This document shows positions 43,646 to 50,691 of a stretch of 50,691 nt of DNA, piece by piece (position 1 is the stretch's first letter; each line of letters begins with the position of its first letter). Below the pieces are notes generated by a model that was given only the letters and a program-made list of their open reading frames with translations, did no database searches and was not told where the DNA came from. Made by a program: the position numbers and the translations under genes. The stretch lies in contig JBAZOA010000002.1 of assembly GCA_041648935.1 (NCBI GenBank), positions 1 through 50,691 on the forward strand, written 5' to 3'. Origin of the DNA: Candidatus Omnitrophota bacterium (GTDB lineage Bacteria > Omnitrophota > Gorgyraeia > Gorgyraeales > Gorgyraeaceae).

Positions 43646-44416
43646 CTATAAAAACAATAAACCCAGTATCCTATTCCCCCACAAGATCACGATGAAACTG
43701 GCCAGGGAAAGATACGGCCCATAGGGAATTATATCCTGTTTTTTCACGAATTTCAAATAAAGACCCGCGGGCGTGCCGAGAAAAGGCGCCAGGAAAAAAA
43801 TCAAAAGGGCCGCCTTCCAGCCCAAAAACGCGCCCAGCATCGCCATGAGCTTCACGTCCCCTCCGCCCATGCTCTCTTTCTTGAACACGATCTCGCCCAA
43901 GACCCCTGTCAGGTATATGGTCCCTCCGCCGATCAACGCCCCTAACGCGGAATTCATGAGACCTGACTGCCAGGTAAAGCCGCCGTGCAGGATTGGAAAC
44001 GCGGCGCTCAGCAAAATACCCAAAAACATGCCCACGATCGATATCCTGTCGGGTATTATCTGGAAATCAAGATCAATAAAGGCAACCACTATGAGCGCGA
44101 ATGTTATCACGCTATACACGCTTAAAAATAAATAATTCATCCTGAAATTAACATATAATATCAGAAAACAGACCGCGCTTATCAGCTCCACCAAGAAATA
44201 ACGGGACGATATCTTCGAACCGCATGCCCTGCACTTGCCCCTGAGCAGGATATAGCTTATAAGCGGGATATTATCATGCCACAGTATCGGTTTCTTGCAG
44301 GAGACGCATCTCGAACCCGGGAATACTATGGATTCATCGCGCGGTATCCTGTAAATGCAGACATTAAGGAAACTTCCTATTACCGCGCCTAATATAAAAA
44401 TAAAAAAATATGCCAT
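43646..44416 (-). CDS. pilD: Prepilin peptidase (A24 family, PilD-like)
   Basis: I prefer ATG 44416 (MAYFFIFILGAVIGSFLNV). It has Cys pairs CVSC...CRAC and the catalytic GGGDVKL segment. The track start at 44455 lies inside repeat R3. Confidence 0.85.
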   Translation of the reverse strand: MAYFFIFILGAVIGSFLNVCIYRIPRDESIVFPGSRCVSCKKPILWHDNIPLISYILLRGKCRACGSKISSRYFLVELISAVCFLILYVNFRMNYLFLSVYSVITFALIVVAFIDLDFQIIPDRISIVGMFLGILLSAAFPILHGGFTWQSGLMNSALGALIGGGTIYLTGVLGEIVFKKESMGGGDVKLMAMLGAFLGWKAALLIFFLAPFLGTPAGLYLKFVKKQDIIPYGPYLSLASFIVILWGNRILGLLFL

Positions 44417-44427
44417 ATTTATAATGT

Positions 44428-44468
44428 CTAAGTTGACAAAAGGAGTATTACTCATGTGTCAACTTAGG
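44428..44468. repeat. 40-bp palindromic intergenic element, copy R3 (aroE|pilD junction)
   Basis: The plus strand reads CTAAGTTGACAAAAGGAGTATTACTCATGTGTCAACTTAGG. It covers the aroE stop codon (44459..44461). Confidence 0.7.
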
Positions 44469-45352
44469 GCGTTGGTTAAGGCCTCGCGCATGGTTTCCAC
44501 AGGCGCTTTGGGACCCTTAGGATGACTTGACATCCAAAATTCAAAAGCAAACACTCCTTGATACAAAAACATACCTAATCCACATGAAACATGTTCTTTC
44601 CCCAATAAAAGCTTAGCATCTTTAACTAATTGCGTTTCTCTGTTATAAACCACATCATACACATATAACCCATCATGAAGCAATTTTTTATCTATTGGCG
44701 AAGAATCACCTTCCTTCATGCCCACGGGAGTAGTATTGACTAATAACTGACACTTTTTTATAACATCAGATATCCTTTTTTCACTAATAAATTCTAATTT
44801 ATCTTTTATAAAATCGAATTTTAAAAAGTGCCCTTTCGCCGATGCAAGCGACTTATCATTATTTTCATACACATATATTTTATTCGCTTTCATGCCTGAT
44901 TCCCAAATTAACGCGGCTACAACAGCCCTGCCAGCCCCGCCACAACCAATAACAAATATATCCCTATCTTTTGGCTCAAATCTCAAATCTTCTTTTAAAG
45001 ATTTACGAAAACCAAACACATCTGTATTTAAATAGAAAATATCACCGCCTTCTCTCCTTACGGTATTAATAGCTCCTGATAATTGAACAAAATATAAAAA
45101 TTCTTTACTCTGCGTAGAAGAAAAATTATTTTCTAATATCTCTTTCGCCCTAACCTTATGGGGGATGGTTATATTAAACCCGGCCACGTCTTTTCTATTT
45201 AGAATAAAATCCTCTAATTTCTCAGGCGGGACTTCGAATAACCTGTATTCCGCGTCGATGCCGAGCTTTTTAAAAGCGGCGTTGTGCATCGCGGGCGACA
45301 AACTGTGTTTTATTGGCCAGCCGATCACGCCATATAGCTTGGGTGAAGTCAT
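44459..45352 (-). CDS. aroE: Shikimate dehydrogenase
   Basis: GVIGWPIKHSLSP, NITIPHK and GCGGAGRAV motifs. The gene is visibly more AT-rich than its neighbours. Confidence 0.9.
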   Translation of the reverse strand: MTSPKLYGVIGWPIKHSLSPAMHNAAFKKLGIDAEYRLFEVPPEKLEDFILNRKDVAGFNITIPHKVRAKEILENNFSSTQSKEFLYFVQLSGAINTVRREGGDIFYLNTDVFGFRKSLKEDLRFEPKDRDIFVIGCGGAGRAVVAALIWESGMKANKIYVYENNDKSLASAKGHFLKFDFIKDKLEFISEKRISDVIKKCQLLVNTTPVGMKEGDSSPIDKKLLHDGLYVYDVVYNRETQLVKDAKLLLGKEHVSCGLGMFLYQGVFAFEFWMSSHPKGPKAPVETMREALTNALS

Positions 45353-46893
45353 AATTTAAGGTAGGTGGGTTTTGCCTTTGACTTTTTTAAGCCGGTGAAG
45401 ATGACTCTATTCACGGCGTTCACGTAAGCCAGGACGCTCGCTTCTATGATATCGGTGCTGGACGCCCTGCCTGAGATCTCAGCGGCGCCGAATCTTACCT
45501 TTACGGAAACCTCTCCCAGCGCGTCCTTGCCGCTGGTGATGGACCTGACAGAATAATCCAGGAGCCTGCTCTTCAGGCCCGTTATCTTGTCTATCGCCCT
45601 GTAACACGCGTCTATAGGGCCGTCTCCGGAAGAACTGTTCTTGCAGACATTCTTTCCCTTCTTCAGCGTGACTATCGCGCGGGGCTCGTTTTTCATGCTG
45701 CTCGTTATCTCAAAATTCACAACGCTGTAAGTGGCGGGGACCGACACTATCTCGCTCTCCATGATGGCCAGCAGGTCCTCATCAAATATCTCTTTTTTCT
45801 TGTCAGCCAGGTTCTTGAAGCGCTCAAAGGCCTTCGCGAGGTCCGCTTCGCTCAGATCAAATCCCAATTTTTTCAGGCGCTCGGAAAACGCGTGCCTTCC
45901 CGAGTGTTTCCCCAGAACAAGCTTTGTCTCGCCGAAACCAACGTCTTCCGGCTTCATGATCTCGTAAGTGGAGCGCTCCTTCAATATGCCGTCCTGATGT
46001 ATGCCTGACTCGTGACTGAAGGCGTTCCTGCCCACGATAGCCTTGTTTGGCTGGACAACTATACCGGTGAGCTTGCTCACCAGGCGGCTCGTCTTGTAGA
46101 TCTCGCTTTTATTAATCGAGGTGGCCGCGCCATAAATATCCTTGCGCACGTCCAAGGCCATGACTATCTCTTCCATGGAAGAATTGCCGGCCCTCTCGCC
46201 TATGCCGTTTACGGTGCATTCCACCTGTTCCGCGCCGTTCTGGACAGCTGACAGCACGTTACTGACCGCGAGACCCAGGTCATTGTGACAATGAACGCTT
46301 ATCACCGCCTTGTCAATATTCGGCACCCTTGTCTTAATAGTCTTTATCAGGTCGCCGTATTCCAAAGGCGTGGCGTATCCGACCGTATCCGGAATATTGA
46401 CCGTCTTTGCCCCGCTCTTGATTACCGCCTCCACCACCCTGCACAGAAAATCCCTTTCTGAGCGGGAGGCGTCCTCCGGCGAAAACTCTATGTCGTCGCA
46501 GAATCTCCTGGCGTACTCAACCGCCCATACCGCCTGCTTCAATATCTCGGATTCCGCCTTCTTCAATTTATATTTCATATGTATCTTGGATGTCGCCAAA
46601 AACACGTGTATCCTAGGCCTCTTGCTTGGCTTCACGGCCTTGGCGCACGCCTCTATATCAGGCCTCAACGCCCTGGCCAGGCCGCAGATCGCGGGGCCTT
46701 TTACCAGCGAGGCGACCTTGTGCACCGCGCTGAAATCACCCTTGGACGCTATTGGAAAACCCGCCTCTATGACATCCACGCCCAGACGCGCCAGCTGACG
46801 CGCCACGTCTATCTTGGCGTTCATGTCCAGGCTCGCGCCCGGCGACTGCTCACCGTCCCTCAGAGTTGTGTCAAATATAATGATGCGTTTCAT
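45349..46893 (-). CDS. leuA: 2-isopropylmalate synthase
   Basis: DTTLRDGEQ, HCHNDLGLAV and a C-terminal LeuA regulatory domain, in a 514-aa protein. Confidence 0.9.
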   Translation of the reverse strand: MKRIIIFDTTLRDGEQSPGASLDMNAKIDVARQLARLGVDVIEAGFPIASKGDFSAVHKVASLVKGPAICGLARALRPDIEACAKAVKPSKRPRIHVFLATSKIHMKYKLKKAESEILKQAVWAVEYARRFCDDIEFSPEDASRSERDFLCRVVEAVIKSGAKTVNIPDTVGYATPLEYGDLIKTIKTRVPNIDKAVISVHCHNDLGLAVSNVLSAVQNGAEQVECTVNGIGERAGNSSMEEIVMALDVRKDIYGAATSINKSEIYKTSRLVSKLTGIVVQPNKAIVGRNAFSHESGIHQDGILKERSTYEIMKPEDVGFGETKLVLGKHSGRHAFSERLKKLGFDLSEADLAKAFERFKNLADKKKEIFDEDLLAIMESEIVSVPATYSVVNFEITSSMKNEPRAIVTLKKGKNVCKNSSSGDGPIDACYRAIDKITGLKSRLLDYSVRSITSGKDALGEVSVKVRFGAAEISGRASSTDIIEASVLAYVNAVNRVIFTGLKKSKAKPTYLKL

Positions 46894-46936
46894 AAAATCA
46901 ATCTTACAACTTATAACTAACTTTTATCTTTAGAAC

Positions 46937-47926
46937 TTATTTTATCCAATCCATCATGCTTCTCAATTGCTTGCCGACCACTTCGACAGGATGATTATCG
47001 TCTTTCTTTCTCAGCTCATTGAATATCGGCCTGCCGTTCTCGTTTTCCCTGATCCATTCCCTGGCGAATTTGCCGGATTGAATTTCCTTCAGGATCTTCT
47101 TCATCTCTTTGCGGGACCTGTCTGTTATGATCCTCCTGCCCCTCGTGAGATCACCGTATTCCGCCGTGTCAGAGACCCTCTTTCTCATGCCCTGAATACC
47201 GGTGGCGTAAATCAGATCGGTAATAAGTTTTAGTTCGTGCAGGCATTCAAAATAAGCTATCTCCGGCTGATAACCCGCCTCGATAAGCGTCTCAAATCCC
47301 GCCTTTATAAGCTCTGAGGCGCCGCCGCACAATACCACCTGCTCGCCGAAAAGATCTGTCTCTGTCTCTTCCTTAAAGGTCGTCTCTATTACCCCCGCCC
47401 TCGTGCCGCCTATGCCCTTGGCGTACGCGAGCCCCAATTTAAGCGCGTTTCCGGTCGCGTCCTGAAACACCGCCACGAGACACGGAACGCCTTTTTTCTC
47501 CTCGTACATCTGCCTGACTAACGCCCCGGGGCCTTTCGGCGCCACCATGAACACGTCCACGTTCTTCGAGGGCTTGATCTGCTTGAAATGTATGTTAAAC
47601 CCGTGAGAAAAAACAAGCGCCTTTCCCTTTTTCAGATTCGGCTTTATGCTTTCCTTGTAAACCTTTGCCTGCACGTGATCCTGGGTCAATATCTGGATGA
47701 TATCGGCCTGCCTTGCCGCCTCCGCGGCCGACACCGGCTTAAAACCGTCGCTGACGGCGTTTTTATGGTTCTCCGTGCCTTCCAGCTCGCTCACTATCAC
47801 GTCTATCCCGCTGTCCTTCAGGTTCAGCGCCTGGCCCCTGCCCTGGATCCCATAACCTATAATAGCCACCTTCTTGAATTTCAGAAGGCCGAGATCCGCG
47901 TCCTTGTCATAATAAATCTTCGCCAT
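46937..47926 (-). CDS. ilvC: Ketol-acid reductoisomerase
   Basis: [30 protein letters not shown] and HELKLI segments. Confidence 0.95.
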   Translation of the reverse strand: MAKIYYDKDADLGLLKFKKVAIIGYGIQGRGQALNLKDSGIDVIVSELEGTENHKNAVSDGFKPVSAAEAARQADIIQILTQDHVQAKVYKESIKPNLKKGKALVFSHGFNIHFKQIKPSKNVDVFMVAPKGPGALVRQMYEEKKGVPCLVAVFQDATGNALKLGLAYAKGIGGTRAGVIETTFKEETETDLFGEQVVLCGGASELIKAGFETLIEAGYQPEIAYFECLHELKLITDLIYATGIQGMRKRVSDTAEYGDLTRGRRIITDRSRKEMKKILKEIQSGKFAREWIRENENGRPIFNELRKKDDNHPVEVVGKQLRSMMDWIK

Positions 47927-47941
47927 CTTAAAACCCCTTTC

Positions 47942-48415
47942 TTATTTTGTCATCGCGATGCGTCCGCTTCTGACTAATTCCTTGACACTGAACTGCTTCA
48001 AACCTTCCAATAACGCCTTTATCTGTTCCTGGCCGCTCACCATCTCAATGATCGCCGTGTTATCTTTATGCTGGATTATCTTGGCGCCTGATTTATCTGC
48101 TATGTCTTCCAACTTGGCTTTATCCTTGCCGGAATAACCGACCTTCACGATAACCAGTTCCCTGTCAACATGCTCTTTTTTCGTGAAATCAGTCACCGTA
48201 AGCACGTCTATGAGCCTGTTGAGCTGTTTTTTTATCTGCTCCAGTATTTTCTCGTCCTCAGCCTCCACCACTATAGTCATGCAGGAAACCCCCGGATCCA
48301 ATGTCTCTGACACCGCCAAGGACGCGATATTATACCCGCGAGCGCTGAACAGGCCCGCTATCCGCGCCAATACGCCGAATTTATTCTCAACCACCACTGA
48401 TATGGTATGCCTCAC
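47942..48415 (-). CDS. ilvN: Acetolactate synthase small (regulatory) subunit
   Basis: The ACT domain opens with [28 protein letters not shown]. It overlaps ilvB by 4 nt. Confidence 0.9.
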   Translation of the reverse strand: MRHTISVVVENKFGVLARIAGLFSARGYNIASLAVSETLDPGVSCMTIVVEAEDEKILEQIKKQLNRLIDVLTVTDFTKKEHVDRELVIVKVGYSGKDKAKLEDIADKSGAKIIQHKDNTAIIEMVSGQEQIKALLEGLKQFSVKELVRSGRIAMTK

Positions 48416-50088
48416 GCTAACCCCTCTATCATGTTATTAAGCGCCTCTCCGGCGGGCACCATCGGAAACACGTTTTCTTCCTGCTCCACATGGAAATCGA
48501 TGAGCACCACGTTATCTGTCGAGATCGCCTTCTGGATAGCCTTTTTGACATCTTCTTTTTTTGTCACGCGGATGCCGACCGCGCCGAAGCTCTCGGCCAA
48601 TTTCACGAAATCCGGATTCGCGAGGCATGTATGGGAATATCTCTTTTTATAAAATAATTCCTGCCACTGCCTTACCATGCCCAAATAATTATTATTCAAT
48701 ATCGCGATCTTCACGTTTATCTTGTTGCAGACGCAGGTGGCCAATTCCTGTATGTTCATCTGTATGGACCCGTCACCCGCCACGTCAAACACGGTCTTTT
48801 CAGGATACGCGACCTTTGCGCCCAGCGCCGCCGGAAACCCAAAGCCCATCGTGCCGAGCCCGCCTGACGAGATAAACGTGCGCGGATGCATGTATTTATA
48901 CCACTGGGCGGCCCACATCTGATTCTGGCCCACCTCGGTGGTTATTATGGCGTCGCCTTTCGTGATCTCGCTTATCTGCTCCACCACATACTGCGGCTTT
49001 ATCGCCTTTTTTTCTTTGTAGGCAAGCGGATATTTTTTCTTCCACCCTTCGGCTGTCTTCAGCCATTCCTTTGTGTCAGGGGCCTTCCTGATCTGTTCCA
49101 GCAGCTGCCCAAGGACGTTCTTCGCGTCGCCCACTATCGGGATATCGACGTTCACGTTCTTGCTGATAGATGTCGGGTCTATGTCAACGTGTATGACCTT
49201 CGCGTTGGGCGCGAATTTATCTATCCTTCCCGTGACGCGGTCGTCAAAACGCGCGCCCACGGCTATGATGACGTCCGCCTCCATTGTCGCGTGGTTCGCG
49301 TAAGCGGTCCCGTGCATGCCAAGCATGCCCAAAGAAAGTTTATGAGTCGCGGGAAAACACCCTATCCCCATGAGCGTCCACGTAACCGGGGCCTGGATCT
49401 TTTCCGCCAATTCCCTTAACTCCGGGCTGGCGCCCGAGGTGATCACGCCTCCGCCGGCGTAAATAATGGGCTTTTTGCTGGCGCTTATGATCTTGGCCGC
49501 TTTTTTAATCTGGCCGGGATGGCCAAAATAAGTCGGCTTGTAACCCTTGATATCCACTTTTTCAGGCCAGATAAATTCCGTTTCCTTCATCTGGATATCG
49601 GAAGGGATATCTATCAGGACAGGGCCCTGCCTTCCTGTCGAGGCGATATAAAAGGCCTCCCTCACGATCCTCGCCAGTTCCCTGACGTCCTTTACTAAAT
49701 AATTATGCTTGGTTATGGGCCGCGTGATGCCCGTGATGTCAGCTTCCTGAAACGCGTCATTGCCTATCAGAAAAGACTTTACCTGGCCCGTGATCGCGAT
49801 CATGGGTATAGAATCCATGTAGGCATTGGCGATGCCTGTCACGAGATTCGTCGCGCCCGGCCCGGAAGTGGCCAGGCACACGCCCGGTTTTCCTGTCGCG
49901 CGCGCGTAACCGTCCGCCGCGTGGGCGGCGCCCTGCTCGTGCCTGGTCAGGATAAACCTGATATCCTTGACGTCGTAGAGCGCGTCAAAGATGGGCAATA
50001 CCTGCCCGCCCGGATAACCGAACATCGCCTCGACGCCCTCTCTCCTCAATGCCTCTATTAAAATTTTCGCGCCTGTCATTTTTGCCAT
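48412..50088 (-). CDS. ilvB: Acetolactate synthase large subunit
   Basis: ThDP enzyme with GYPGG, GPGATN and [15 protein letters not shown]...GDGS..MN motifs. Confidence 0.95.
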   Translation of the reverse strand: MAKMTGAKILIEALRREGVEAMFGYPGGQVLPIFDALYDVKDIRFILTRHEQGAAHAADGYARATGKPGVCLATSGPGATNLVTGIANAYMDSIPMIAITGQVKSFLIGNDAFQEADITGITRPITKHNYLVKDVRELARIVREAFYIASTGRQGPVLIDIPSDIQMKETEFIWPEKVDIKGYKPTYFGHPGQIKKAAKIISASKKPIIYAGGGVITSGASPELRELAEKIQAPVTWTLMGIGCFPATHKLSLGMLGMHGTAYANHATMEADVIIAVGARFDDRVTGRIDKFAPNAKVIHVDIDPTSISKNVNVDIPIVGDAKNVLGQLLEQIRKAPDTKEWLKTAEGWKKKYPLAYKEKKAIKPQYVVEQISEITKGDAIITTEVGQNQMWAAQWYKYMHPRTFISSGGLGTMGFGFPAALGAKVAYPEKTVFDVAGDGSIQMNIQELATCVCNKINVKIAILNNNYLGMVRQWQELFYKKRYSHTCLANPDFVKLAESFGAVGIRVTKKEDVKKAIQKAISTDNVVLIDFHVEQEENVFPMVPAGEALNNMIEGLA

Positions 50089-50101
50089 AGTAAAATTCTT
50101 T

Positions 50102-50691
50102 CTACTCTAAAATCGCTCCCTTGCTAGCTGACGATACCATGCGGCTGTACCTGTAAAGCCACCCGCCTGAGACCTTCGGCCCAGGGGCCTTCCATTTACG
50201 CAGACGGCCGTTGATCTCGCCCTGCGTCAACGCCAGATCAACGCGCCTTTTCTTTATGTCTATCCTTATCACGTCGCCGTTCTTTATCACGGCTATGGGC
50301 CCGCCTTTCGCCGCCTCAGGCGCGACATGCCCTATGCAGGGCCCTCTTGTCCCGCCTGAAAATCTCCCGTCAGTGATGAGCGCCACGTCATCCGTCATGC
50401 CCATGCCCACTATGGCCGAGGTGGGAGACAGCATCTCTCTCATGCCCGGCCCGCCGCTGGGCCCTTCGTATCTTATCACGACAACGTCCCCTTTTTGTAT
50501 CTTCTCCTTTAATATCGCGTCCATGGCCTCTTCTTCCGACTCAAAGACCTTTGCCTTTCCGGTAAACACCATCATCTTCTCGCTCACCGCGCCCTGCTTC
50601 ACGACAGCGCCTTCGGGCGCGACGTTTCCTTTTAATATCGCGATGCCGCCTTCTTCCTTGTAAGGATTATTCAATGACCTTATGACGTCTT
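50102..50691 (-). CDS. ilvD: Dihydroxy-acid dehydratase, C-terminal part (gene continues beyond the right window edge)
   Basis: The reading frame is open to the window end. [31 protein letters not shown] is the conserved IlvD C-terminal region. Confidence 0.9.
   Translation of the reverse strand, partial: DVIRSLNNPYKEEGGIAILKGNVAPEGAVVKQGAVSEKMMVFTGKAKVFESEEEAMDAILKEKIQKGDVVVIRYEGPSGGPGMREMLSPTSAIVGMGMTDDVALITDGRFSGGTRGPCIGHVAPEAAKGGPIAVIKNGDVIRIDIKKRRVDLALTQGEINGRLRKWKAPGPKVSGGWLYRYSRMVSSASKGAILE

Overview
This is a 50.7-kb chromosomal segment. It probably comes from an anaerobic, diderm bacterium: it encodes an OprB-like porin, MipA, AsmA-like proteins and a prepilin peptidase, together with FeoAB, a two-subunit class I fumarase, a Thi4-type thiazole synthase and a NifX/MinD-ferredoxin cluster. 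Phylum is not assignable from this window alone. About 60 protein genes are present and all but three are on the minus strand, often with 4-nt stop/start overlaps. Order from left to right: GT4 (partial) and GH130 glyco genes; a PAS protein; a DsrE-like protein; feoAB; small metal/redox genes; def; DUF89; radical SAM; an expanded ORP-like Fe-S/NifX-like/MinD-ferredoxin/DUF5320 locus (9.2-16.3 kb); a Fur-box-controlled 1-Cys peroxiredoxin plus Fur; a nikR-porin-small-membrane-protein operon; and a TPP riboswitch with thi4. Three visibly AT-rich accessory patches follow. The first (21.1-23.3 kb) holds a nucleotidyltransferase-fold TA-like pair with long operator palindromes, a candidate sRNA and a QueD/PTPS-like gene. 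The second (25.3-28.5 kb) holds a Fic protein, a sigma-70 region-2 fragment and a DDE transposase next to tRNA-His. The third (29.8-31.5 kb) holds a 2H-like/HDIG fusion protein next to tRNA-Arg and tRNA-Pro. Housekeeping genes fill the rest: rdgB, rph, fumarase alpha/beta, queE, queC, xerC, topA, dprA, aroK, aroC, pilD, aroE, leuA, ilvC, ilvN, ilvB and partial ilvD. Non-coding features seen directly: 3 tRNAs, a TPP riboswitch with a terminator, Fur-type and NikR-type boxes, sigma-70-type promoters (two placed for leaderless mRNAs), a 40-bp palindromic element in 3 copies at gene junctions, a roughly 130-250-nt upstream-region repeat family in 3 copies, and a 5-copy iteron array. No CRISPR array and no rRNA were seen. 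All functional calls rest on motif recognition by eye and no database search was run.
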